59,006 nt of DNA from a virus (lineage: Duplodnaviria > Caudoviricetes). The stretch lies in the IMG/VR virus record IMGVR_UViG_3300032770_001058, positions 1 through 59,006 of that record. One strand, written 5' to 3'. The notes below the pieces were generated by a model, which was not told the DNA's origin, ran no database searches, and saw only the letters and a program-made list of their open reading frames with translations. Shown here piece by piece: positions 19,039-27,797 of this stretch. The position numbers and the translations under genes were made by a program. Each line of letters opens with the position of its first letter. The first letter of the stretch is position 1.

Positions 19039-19511
19039 TACAGCTCTTCCAACGCTTTACGCAGCTCGGCTTCGAACGCTTCGAGCGCGGCTTGTTTGGC
19101 GATATCGAAGGCGGGACGCAGGAAGGGATGCGGGGCAACATGGCCGACCACTTGCCCGCCCACATTGCCCCATTTCTTGCCTTTGCGGGCACGCTTGCCA
19201 CCGCGTATCAGTTTGTGGCCGTCTTCCAGCCAGCGCGCGACGTGTCCGGTTTTTTCGCCCGGACCGATGGAAGCGCCGGTCACGCTCACATCGCGGTGAA
19301 TGTCGCCCTTCAATTCACCGGGTGCGAGACTATTGCTCCCGGGCATGTCGTCGGGCTTCATCGGCGCGAGCGTAATCGCCGCATCCTGGAAGACCTTGGC
19401 GGCTGCGTCGTTGGCGCGCAGCGCGGCCTCGGTCGCCAGCTTCTCGGATACCTTGCTCAACTTGCGGTCGAGCTCGGCGAGTCCCCGTACCTCAACTGTG
19501 ATTCCGTCCAT
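19038..19511 (-). CDS. HK97 gp10-like tail completion protein
   Basis: VEVRGLAEL.RKL, APMK, WLEDG, PHPFLRPAFD. Confidence 0.8.
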   Translation of the reverse strand: MDGITVEVRGLAELDRKLSKVSEKLATEAALRANDAAAKVFQDAAITLAPMKPDDMPGSNSLAPGELKGDIHRDVSVTGASIGPGEKTGHVARWLEDGHKLIRGGKRARKGKKWGNVGGQVVGHVAPHPFLRPAFDIAKQAALEAFEAELRKALEEL

Positions 19512-19513
19512 GA

Positions 19514-19875
19514 TTACGCGGCGGGTGTCGAGAAGGGCAGCAGCGCCGCGCGCACGTTGCGGGCGAAGCGCTGATGGTTCATGCGCTTGGGCGCAGGCGG
19601 GCGATCTCGCCAGCGCGAAGGCATGAAATCAAGCGGCGACTTCGGTTCTTTCGGCGCGCCGATCGACGTGTTGACAGTAGCGGCCGTATTCAGCCCCATC
19701 ACCAGCTCGAAGTGTTCGCGCGCAGTACGCCGGCGGCTACAGAGCGCGTGAAACTGGCGCGGGGTCAGAGAAAAGAAAACGGCCGGAGCAAGACGCAGGT
19801 CGTAGACCGCAATCGACCAGAGTTCAAGCCAGAGTTCGGCTGGACTCAGCTCTCGCTCAGGCCCTCGGTAGGGCG
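19514..19875 (-). CDS. Tail assembly chaperone C-terminal extension (gpT-like), probably reached by a -1 frameshift
   Basis: Open -1 frame overlapping the end of the chaperone: ...LWSIAVYDLRLAPAVFFSLTPRQF...SPLDFMP. Confidence 0.6.
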
Positions 19876-20265
19876 TTCCGCATCCCCTGAGCTCCTCGCG
19901 GGTTGTGATTGCATCCAGCAGGCGGCGATGGTGCCGTAGATATCGGTCAGCGTATCCATCCGGATCAGGGCGGAGACTTCCTTCAACGTCACCTTCGGGT
20001 GTGCCGTCATGAGCGCCGCATACAAGAGTCCCCGCAGTTGCTCCGCTGTGGCTTCTTCGAGATTGAAGCCGCGAAGCAGGTTGATGGGCACGAACGGCAC
20101 ACCTTTAGGTGTTGCGGCCGCTGCAGCAGCGTTGAGCGCTCGCTCAGCTCGCGCGATCGCGTCGTAGTTGTAGACGAGGTGCCAGGTCTTGCCGTCGATG
20201 ACCAGCGTGACATCAGGCAGAGTGGGATCAGCGCCGGCCGTGCCGGCGACAGTCTTGCGAGCCAT
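19846..20265 (-). CDS. Tail assembly chaperone (gpG-like)
   Basis: Follows the tail tube gene; TLVIDGK...L.Y...AI..AE, LRGLLYAAL. Confidence 0.7.
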   Translation of the reverse strand: MARKTVAGTAGADPTLPDVTLVIDGKTWHLVYNYDAIARAERALNAAAAAATPKGVPFVPINLLRGFNLEEATAEQLRGLLYAALMTAHPKVTLKEVSALIRMDTLTDIYGTIAACWMQSQPARSSGDAERPTEGLSES

Positions 20266-20303
20266 AGGATTCCCTCAGATTGGTGTTGGGAAGGAAAAGA
20301 GAT

Positions 20304-20732
20304 TTAAGCGCCGGCAGTGAAGGTGATGACGCCGGAGATCTTCAGCGAACCGCTCCAGGTAATGGCCTTGTCGTACTGCACGTCGATGTTCGACTCTTCC
20401 ACCACCGCGGAGAAGGCGAACTTGTCGCCGCTGGTCTGCTGCGCAGCCGTTTTCGGCAGGACCAGGCCAAAGTCGGTCAGCGCGCCGCTCTTGAACGCAT
20501 CGCGGAGCGCCAACTGGCCGGCATCGCTGCCGACATAATTGCCGCCGCACTTGAGCTGGCCGGAGTCGAGCAGGGTCACGATGAATTCCTTCGCGCGGCC
20601 CGTGCTATCGCTGTTGGTGACATCTTCGGTGTCGTTCTTGCCGCCCGAAAACTGGAAGGTTTTGACTTCGACAATGGGATTCTCCCCAATGGAGAGAACT
20701 GTCCCTTTGCCGGACATTGCTTTGCTTGCCAT
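20304..20732 (-). CDS. Major tail tube protein
   Basis: GKGTVLSIG, EDVT..DS...KEFI..L.D.G, F.F.A.V, S.SLKISG. Confidence 0.8.
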   Translation of the reverse strand: MASKAMSGKGTVLSIGENPIVEVKTFQFSGGKNDTEDVTNSDSTGRAKEFIVTLLDSGQLKCGGNYVGSDAGQLALRDAFKSGALTDFGLVLPKTAAQQTSGDKFAFSAVVEESNIDVQYDKAITWSGSLKISGVITFTAGA

Positions 20733-20761
20733 GTGCTTACCTCGTGAGGAAGTGCCTCCGC

Positions 20762-21166
20762 TTACTGCTGCAGGAAGGTGATCATGTAGTCGCCGGACCG
20801 TCGGTAAATGCGGGCTGCGGAGTCGCAGTCGTCGCGGATCGTCACGCGCGAAATGGCCATGACGAAGGTGTGATCGCTGTCGGGCAGCGCGCCGGTGAAG
20901 GCTTCGAGGACCTGAGCGATGCGCTCCTGGATGTTGCGGACGGCTTTATAGGAGCGTCCCCAGGCGTCGATCTGCACGCGGCGATCAACGTACCCGCTGG
21001 GGCCATCGGCAGTGTGATCCGAGACTTCGGAGATGTTCAGCAGGCTCACGCAGGGATACGTGGGATCCACCGGGACCAGCAGCAGCGTGATGCGGCCGCC
21101 GAGTTCGAGATCATCGTTCAACGGCCCATCGGCCTGCAGGAGCTGGCAAACACCTTCTTCTAGCAT
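20762..21166 (-). CDS. Tail terminator (DUF3168-like)
   Basis: P...YP, RVQIDAWG.SY, YRRS.DY. Confidence 0.75.
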   Translation of the reverse strand: MLEEGVCQLLQADGPLNDDLELGGRITLLLVPVDPTYPCVSLLNISEVSDHTADGPSGYVDRRVQIDAWGRSYKAVRNIQERIAQVLEAFTGALPDSDHTFVMAISRVTIRDDCDSAARIYRRSGDYMITFLQQ

Positions 21167-21170
21167 CGGA

Positions 21171-21198
21171 GATATCGCTAAGATTTCGCGCCGATATT
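21171..21198. promoter_or_regulatory. 11-bp-phased GATATC-like repeat, site 4
   Basis: GATATC gctaa GATTTC gcgcc GATATT; 4 nt from the ATG at 21166. Confidence 0.55.
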
Positions 21199-21522
21199 AG
21201 GCGCGATGGTGAGGGTGAACAGCAGAAGGCGAGTGCCGGCGCGGGTGCACAGCTTCGAGAGAAAGAAGAATCCCAGCGAAAGCCGGAGCAGGCCGTGCGC
21301 CACGCTCACCGGCCAGCGAAAGGTTAGGACTTCCCGCATGACGATTCACCGCGCGGGCCGACCCCGCGATGGACAGCCCCTTTTCCATCCACCGCAGAAG
21401 CCCGGCCCGCCGGAAGTCAATTCCACTTCGAATCGCAGAGGCAGATGAGGACGTCGAGCAGGTGCCGCTTTACGGATGACTATCTATTCGCTTCGTGTCA
21501 TCATATGCGGTCAACCCTTCCA

Positions 21523-22314
21523 ATGGCCGTTTCTCAGGGCACGGAAACATACACCATCGACATCGCACCAGTACGCGTGCGCGGCCTGTCTTATTCCGAC
21601 GGCGAGCTCGACAGCGCATTGACGGCCGAGGTTGCCGATCTCGTCTACGACAGCTCTGGAAAAGCGGCGGTGATAGAACTTCTCGATTCGGTCGCAACGA
21701 CTGAGTTCGAAGCTGCCGAATTGAAAAAGATACTCGAAACGACACCGGTTCCAGAGGATTGGCGTGTTGGAGAAGCATTGGCTCAGGTCTTCCTAACTCA
21801 GCATCGGAGCTCGGAGTTCCCTTGGCCAGCGAGCCGGGACCTGCGCAACCCAGTTTCCAGCCCGGCAGGCACAGACCTCGTGGGGTTCAGTGAGATTGGG
21901 GGACTGCTGCGCTTTGCGTTCGGCGAGGTAAAAACGTCGGCCCAGAAGCAATGGCCACCATCCCTGATTTACGGAAGGCATGGTTTCAAGAAACAGATGG
22001 AGGAGCTGCGCGATTCGTACGAGGTACGGGATGCGCTGTTCAGATATTTGTCTCATCACGCGAGAGGCACCGGATGGGAGCACAAGTTTAAGAAAGCGGC
22101 GATCACGTACCTAAAGAGCAAGACGAATGTCGTGCTTTTTGGCGTGCTTATCAGAGACGTGGACCCGCTGCCGGACGATCTGAATGCGCGAGCGAAAGGC
22201 TTGGCTGACGCATGTCCATCGGACATGGTGATCGAGCTTTACGGCCTCTACATACCTGCCGGATCTATTCAGACGTTGCCGAAGCGTTGCAAAAAACAGG
22301 ACAAAGTCCAATGA
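21523..22314 (+). CDS. hamA: Hachiman HamA-like PD-(D/E)XK nuclease (DUF1837-like)
   Basis: VGEALA...P....D......GTDLVGF.......FAFGEVKTS; its stop overlaps the ATG of a Ski2-like helicase. Start uncertain. Confidence 0.65.
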   Translation: MAVSQGTETYTIDIAPVRVRGLSYSDGELDSALTAEVADLVYDSSGKAAVIELLDSVATTEFEAAELKKILETTPVPEDWRVGEALAQVFLTQHRSSEFPWPASRDLRNPVSSPAGTDLVGFSEIGGLLRFAFGEVKTSAQKQWPPSLIYGRHGFKKQMEELRDSYEVRDALFRYLSHHARGTGWEHKFKKAAITYLKSKTNVVLFGVLIRDVDPLPDDLNARAKGLADACPSDMVIELYGLYIPAGSIQTLPKRCKKQDKVQ

Positions 22315-25300
22315 CGATACCTCGTGAAGCAATTGTAGCGGTGGATGTTCATTGGGCGGTCGCCGCTCTGAAAGCTGAGGAACGCACGCGGGCGTTTGAA
22401 GTCGCAAATGCCCGACTGGTGCGGAAGTCCGTGGGTAGTCAGATAACGCTGGATTTCGAAGACCGCGATGAAGACAGTGATCTCCTCGGTAGAGCCGCAC
22501 TCGCGTATGAGGTTGCCGCTGTCGAAGGAGTCAATGCACTTCTATACCCGGCTTCCGATGGCCAAAGTAGGAGTCTCCGAGACCAGGCCCAGGCAGCGGC
22601 CCATCAGTGCTATCAACTTAGGCAGGTGCTTCCGATCCCGACCGAAACGGAGAAGTACATTTTTCACGTCCTTCATCTTGGTGGTATCGCGTACTGCGGT
22701 GATCGTTGGTCTGACTTCAGAAGATGGATCAAGGAGGAGTATGAGCACATACAGATTCCATCTGTCGCCGAGGCTGCATGGGACAAGAGACTCCTATTTC
22801 GCTTGTACGACTGCTGGATTCGTCTCCTGCGTAAGAAGAACTGGGATGACCTGGACGCAATACGCGAAATCATCGCGGGTTTGCGTCGCGATCAAAAGGA
22901 ATTCGAAGCGAGGCTCCTAGGATCAGAAGCCGATGCAAAGCAAGCGGTCGCTTTCCGGCTGTTGGCACTGTATCACTTGGCTAAAGCCAGCGAATTGCTC
23001 GCCGTGTACATGCTGCAGGGGGAGCCAGCGGCTATTTCGCCCGAATTGGACCAACACTTCGATGTCGCTCGCAAGGCGGCGATAACAGCACAGGATCCTG
23101 CATTTGACGTTCTGCTCAGCTGGTTACACGTTACCTCGCGACGCATGGTTGCCGGCTCTGTATGGTGGGTTGCCAGAGCCGTAAATTCCCGAGTTACAAA
23201 GTTCGTCTCGAATTCCACGAGGGCTCAGTCTCTTTTTGAGCTACTGCCGCCTCAGCGAGCCGCTCTTCAAGAGCAAGGCCTGCTCGACCAGGCAAGCCGA
23301 GGCGTGGTCATAGATCTCCCGACCTCCGGTGGAAAAACTGTCTTGGCGGAATTCCGCATCCTCCAAGCTCTTAACCAGTTTGACGCTGACGAGGGTTGGG
23401 TTGCATATGTCGCCCCGACTCGTGCTCTGGTCGCGCAGCTCTGCAGGCGTCTTAGGAGGGACTTTGGTCCGATCGGGATTAATGTGGAGCAGCTCAGCTC
23501 AGCGGTGGAAATCGATTCATTTGAGCAAACGATTTTCGGTGACCGCTCAGAGGCAACCCGGTTTCACGTTCTCGTAACGACGCCGGAAAAGTTGAACCTA
23601 ATCATCCGAAACAAGGCTATCGTCAGGCCACTTGCTCTCATCGTCATGGACGAAGCACACAATATCGAGGACGAGGAGCGCGGACTCCGAATTGAACTCC
23701 TTCTTGCGACAATTAAGCGAGAGTCGCCTACAGCCAATTTTCTGTTACTCATGCCAAACGTGCCAAATGCGTCCGAGCTCGCTAGTTGGCTGGCCCCCGA
23801 AGCAGGAAGAACGATTAGTTTAGGTACCGGCATTTGGCAACCGAACGAGCGAATTGTGGGAATTTTTGGTACTGAAAAAGACCTGAGTGGCGGACCGCGG
23901 GATTGGTCCCTGCGCTTAGAAACCATAAGTACGACACCACGAGCTCTCGCATTGAGCGGCGTGCATCGCGTAGGTAAGACGACACCACTCGACCTGCCAT
24001 TCGGCAAGATGAAGGGGTTGAGCACACAGGCTGCAGCTATGGCTAGAGTCTTTTCATCACGAGGCACGAGCATCGCTGTGGCTCGAACGATCCCAGATGC
24101 CTGGGAAATGGCTCGCAAAACTTCTGCTGCACTCGATGAGCTCGATCCACTACCCTCTGAAATATCCTTAGTGCAACGATTCCTTCAAACGGAGATCAGC
24201 CCAGAATTTGAGCTGATCGGGATGCTTCAAAAGGGTGTCGGCGTTCATCATGCGGGTTTGTCGGACGAAGCTCGATCACTCATCGAATGGTTGGCGGAAA
24301 TCGGGGTGCTCCGAGTTCTTTGTGCGACGACTACGATCGCACAAGGGCTGAATTTTCCCGTGTCATCCGTTTTTCTTGCGAGCCTACAACTCCCGATTAG
24401 AGGGTCGAAGTTGATGAGTCCTCGCGCATTCTGGAATCTTGCTGGTCGGGCAGGGCGCATCGGTCAAGACAGTGTCGGAGTTGTCGGGATCGCTGGAGGT
24501 GACGACGCCAACAAAGTCAGGCAGTACATCAGTGCCGCGACGGGCGACTTGGTATCACGTCTTGTTTATATGCTTGATCAACTAGAAATCGCCGGAGAAC
24601 TGGCTTCACTAACAACAGTCATTCAGCAAGACCAATGGACTGACTTCCGCATATATATCGCGCACCTTCTTAACGAGAAACAAAATATTGATGTCGTTCT
24701 TAGCGAAACGGAAAACCTGCTGCGCAGTACTTTTGGGTTCGGCACTCTTCAAGCCCGTTCGGAAGTTACGAAGACAAATGCTCTCCTAGAAGCGACCAAG
24801 CAATATGCACGGTCTGTTGCGGCCCACATGGAGAATGTCGTTTTGGCGGACGCGACAGGCTTCTCGCCAGAAGGCGTCCGGACTGCCTTATTGAATCTGG
24901 CCGGACTTGAAACCAAGCTCACGGAGGATGACTGGCGCCCTTCTAGTATGTTTGGGGACAACTCTTCACTGCCTGCTTTAGTCGGAGTGATGATGAAAAT
25001 ACCCGAGGTTAGAGGTCCTTTGAAGGAGCTCGGTTCGCATGGGACAGATCGAAGACGAGTTGCCGAGATTGCTTCTGCATGGGTAAATGGCGAGTCGGTC
25101 GAGGATATCGCCAAGAAATTCTTCAGCGGTGACGAAAAAAGCCCGATTCCACTAACAAATGCACTAACCGATGCCTGCAAGGGAATCTACAGAGCTCTAG
25201 CTTATGCTGGCACTTGGGGCATCTCTGCGCTAAGCAAGATGCCCACGTCCGGAATTGACTTCGACAGCCTTTCAGAGGATCAAAAACAGCTTATCAATTC

Positions 25301-25562
25301 GCTGCCGGCAATGCTCTATCACGGCGTCAAGACAGCAGAAGCCGTCCTGATGCGAATGAATTCAGTACCCAGAACGATCGCAGAAGCTGTAGGGAAGTCA
25401 TTTCACGACAACATTGGGTCAATAGACCCAGCTTCCGCCCGAGAGTTCCTGAGAAATATGAGCGACGCAGATTGGGCGGCGGCGAGGCCATCGAATGCAA
25501 CCATGTCAGGCGCAGACTACCGTTCCGTATGGTCTACCCTCTCAGGGGAACGAGCGATATAG
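22311..25562 (+). CDS. hamB: Hachiman HamB-like SF2 (Ski2-type) helicase
   Basis: PTSGGKT, YVAPTRAL, TTPEK, DEAH, GVGVHHAGL, TTTIAQGLNFP, NLAGRAGR. Confidence 0.7.
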   Translation: MTIPREAIVAVDVHWAVAALKAEERTRAFEVANARLVRKSVGSQITLDFEDRDEDSDLLGRAALAYEVAAVEGVNALLYPASDGQSRSLRDQAQAAAHQCYQLRQVLPIPTETEKYIFHVLHLGGIAYCGDRWSDFRRWIKEEYEHIQIPSVAEAAWDKRLLFRLYDCWIRLLRKKNWDDLDAIREIIAGLRRDQKEFEARLLGSEADAKQAVAFRLLALYHLAKASELLAVYMLQGEPAAISPELDQHFDVARKAAITAQDPAFDVLLSWLHVTSRRMVAGSVWWVARAVNSRVTKFVSNSTRAQSLFELLPPQRAALQEQGLLDQASRGVVIDLPTSGGKTVLAEFRILQALNQFDADEGWVAYVAPTRALVAQLCRRLRRDFGPIGINVEQLSSAVEIDSFEQTIFGDRSEATRFHVLVTTPEKLNLIIRNKAIVRPLALIVMDEAHNIEDEERGLRIELLLATIKRESPTANFLLLMPNVPNASELASWLAPEAGRTISLGTGIWQPNERIVGIFGTEKDLSGGPRDWSLRLETISTTPRALALSGVHRVGKTTPLDLPFGKMKGLSTQAAAMARVFSSRGTSIAVARTIPDAWEMARKTSAALDELDPLPSEISLVQRFLQTEISPEFELIGMLQKGVGVHHAGLSDEARSLIEWLAEIGVLRVLCATTTIAQGLNFPVSSVFLASLQLPIRGSKLMSPRAFWNLAGRAGRIGQDSVGVVGIAGGDDANKVRQYISAATGDLVSRLVYMLDQLEIAGELASLTTVIQQDQWTDFRIYIAHLLNEKQNIDVVLSETENLLRSTFGFGTLQARSEVTKTNALLEATKQYARSVAAHMENVVLADATGFSPEGVRTALLNLAGLETKLTEDDWRPSSMFGDNSSLPALVGVMMKIPEVRGPLKELGSHGTDRRRVAEIASAWVNGESVEDIAKKFFSGDEKSPIPLTNALTDACKGIYRALAYAGTWGISALSKMPTSGIDFDSLSEDQKQLINSLPAMLYHGVKTAEAVLMRMNSVPRTIAEAVGKSFHDNIGSIDPASAREFLRNMSDADWAAARPSNATMSGADYRSVWSTLSGERAI

Positions 25563-25701
25563 CGGATCGTGACTCGATTCTGAATTGGGACTAGGATGAC
25601 AGCTGGATGTCTGCGCGATGTGAATGCCGGGCGCTTCGATGGCTTCATTGGTAGATTGCAGCGAGCGCGACCCTCAGTGGCCGCGCGGGAACGTGCATAC
25701 T

Positions 25702-26049
25702 CTAAACTCCGGTCGGGGCGCCTTCGGCCAGTTCCAGGCACAGCAGGTCGATCTCGACGTTGCGTTCGTCCTGGTTGACCACGGCTTTAATGTCGAAGGT
25801 GCGCGCGCCAAAGAGGACGCGGTGGTTTGCCTTGATGGTCACGCCCGGCAGGTAGCGGATATTCACGCGGTGCGTGGCCTCGGCCAGGAATTGATTGTCG
25901 GCGTAGGTTTCATCCGCCCGCAGCGTCTCGATCTTCGCGTACACGGTCTGGTAGGTCGTGTACGTGATCTCGCCGCCGAGCGGCTGCGGGTCGGGGCTTT
26001 GGAGCTGTATCTGGCGGCGGCGATCGCCAGCAGGAGTCGGTTTGAACAT
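25702..26049 (-). CDS. Head closure protein (SPP1 gp16-like)
   Basis: AG..R..I.LQ, VYA.IE...E, THRVNIRY..G, RVLFG.R.F.I..V. Confidence 0.8.
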   Translation of the reverse strand: MFKPTPAGDRRRQIQLQSPDPQPLGGEITYTTYQTVYAKIETLRADETYADNQFLAEATHRVNIRYLPGVTIKANHRVLFGARTFDIKAVVNQDERNVEIDLLCLELAEGAPTGV

Positions 26050-26127
26050 AATCGGAAGTGCTGCGGGCGCGGAGTCGCAACGCCCGCAGCCAGCCGCACC
26101 TTTAAGGACGCGAACAGGTGCGGGGGT

Positions 26128-26982
26128 TTAGACGATGTGGCAGACCAGCGGCGACAGCAGGGCCTCGAAAGCCGGAGGATATTCGCTGCTGTTGGGCAGC
26201 ACGGCATCATCGCCGCGCCGCGCGTACAGGAAGCCGACGTATTGCTTCATCGCCTGGATGATCTCGGCCGGCACTTCGCCGCCCACGAAGGCGAGAGCAT
26301 TGTTCACGCCGGAGGACGCCGCCGGCGTGATCGTGCCGCTCCCGTTCCCATCGACGGCAAGCTTTGCGACCAGACGCGTGCCCGCTGGGCCCGCGCCCGG
26401 AATGTAGATCATTTTGCCGCTGGCCGACTGCGGGAATACGAAGCCCACGATCACACCGAGCGAGCCGTTCGCGATCGACACGTAATCGGCATCGCAGTAC
26501 CCGGCTATGAAGTCGAGCTGCACGCAGCCCGCGGCCAGGCGGCACGGAGGCCAGGGACGCGCCCACGGCGGCAGCAGCCGCGCGGGCTGGGTCTCGCTCC
26601 CCGGCATGAGCTGATAGCCATACATTGCCAGCCAGTCGCGGCCGTAATCGGTCTGCTGCGGCAAATCTTGCAGGTCGCCCGCCGTGTCGACGTACTGGAA
26701 CGAGACGATGGATTGCAGCGGCGGCTTGGGCACGAGGATCTGCGGAAAGCCGCGCCGCATATAGAGCGGATGAAGCGGCGGAAACGAGTCCATCTCGTAC
26801 ATCCATTCCTGGGTGACGAGCGCGCGGTGTGTGTAACTCTCGACTGCCTGGCGCGCGACAACGATCAGAGACGTAATCAGGTCGTCGTCGTAGCTGTAAT
26901 CGACGCGCAGCGATTTCTTGGCATCGACGAGCGCCAGCGGCTCCGCCGCAGGCGGCGTGATCAGGCTAAGTTGCGCTTTCAT
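26128..26982 (-). CDS. Head-tail connector (HK97 gp6-like) with an inserted domain
   Basis: PAAEPL.L.DAK..LRVD...DD.LI..LI..AR..VE.YT.RAL.TQ.W; C-terminal VP..I.QA....V...Y..R. Confidence 0.8.
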   Translation of the reverse strand: MKAQLSLITPPAAEPLALVDAKKSLRVDYSYDDDLITSLIVVARQAVESYTHRALVTQEWMYEMDSFPPLHPLYMRRGFPQILVPKPPLQSIVSFQYVDTAGDLQDLPQQTDYGRDWLAMYGYQLMPGSETQPARLLPPWARPWPPCRLAAGCVQLDFIAGYCDADYVSIANGSLGVIVGFVFPQSASGKMIYIPGAGPAGTRLVAKLAVDGNGSGTITPAASSGVNNALAFVGGEVPAEIIQAMKQYVGFLYARRGDDAVLPNSSEYPPAFEALLSPLVCHIV

Positions 26983-26987
26983 GACTT

Positions 26988-27188
26988 CTAGTTCGAGCGG
27001 AACAGGCGGCGCTTACGGCTGGAACTCGCACTCGGATTGGCGGGAACCGGAGCTTCGGCCGCGATAGGCCGCTCCTTTTCAAGTCGCGGATCGACCGCGC
27101 GTCCTGCTTTCAGCAGCTCGCGGGCCTCTTCCGGGCGCATGTCGATGATCTTGCCGGCGTTGATGCCGAACTTCACACGTACGAACAT
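26988..27188 (-). CDS. Small head-region protein
   Basis: MFVRVKFG..AG.IID....AREL.KAGRA; usual position between capsid and connector. Confidence 0.55.
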   Translation of the reverse strand: MFVRVKFGINAGKIIDMRPEEARELLKAGRAVDPRLEKERPIAAEAPVPANPSASSSRKRRLFRSN

Positions 27189-27246
27189 GGTTGTTCCTTT
27201 TGCCACGAAGGGCGGGCAAGTTCTCCCGCCCTTCGCGGACTGGCGA

Positions 27247-27729
27247 TTAGGCCGTGACCGTCTCGCTGGAATCGTTAGCGAAGCGCGAACCGGAGAGAAT
27301 CGCAACCGCGCTGGCGATCACCGAATTGACGCCATTGGTGAGCTGCAACTGCACGTAGGGCAGACCCGCGGGCAGGTTGTCGGCATCGACCTCGATGACG
27401 TAGAAGATGTTGTCGTTGCCGGACGGCGTGTAGCCTGCCGCCGTGACCGAGGTACGCGCTCCGAGCACGTCTTTATCGGCACCGGCAGTTTCCTGCTTGA
27501 AGATGTCGAACGGCTGGGCGACGGCGCCATCGCCGGCGGCGTCGGAGCAGGCGTTGAGCAGGACCTTCGTAAATGCGGCTGCGCTGACGCCGACCTGCAG
27601 GATGATGGACGCATGACCGTGCTTCGCCATCTTGAAGCACTGGCCGGCTTTCCCTCCGGAGATATCGATCGGAGGGAGCACGTTCACAACGTGCCCTTCT
27701 TGTGCGGTGTAAAACCCTTTCACTCCCAT
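27247..27729 (-). CDS. Capsid-associated (decoration-like) protein
   Basis: Beta-rich 160-aa protein directly after the capsid gene, with an AGGAAACC leader. Confidence 0.5.
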   Translation of the reverse strand: MGVKGFYTAQEGHVVNVLPPIDISGGKAGQCFKMAKHGHASIILQVGVSAAAFTKVLLNACSDAAGDGAVAQPFDIFKQETAGADKDVLGARTSVTAAGYTPSGNDNIFYVIEVDADNLPAGLPYVQLQLTNGVNSVIASAVAILSGSRFANDSSETVTA

Positions 27730-27797
27730 GGGAGGTTTCCTTTCAAATCAGGGCCGCGTGAAGCGGCCCAGGAATAGAGCAGGTTGAATCCGGGCGA

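Noticed and set aside
21178-21339. Possible 53-aa minus-strand ORF (MREVLTFRWP...)
   Set aside because: No clear RBS or homology; too weak to list as a feature.
25624-26991. Long plus-strand ORFs opposite structural genes (also 29310-30275, 33603-34472)
   Set aside because: Antisense shadows of high-GC genes with no recognisable motifs.
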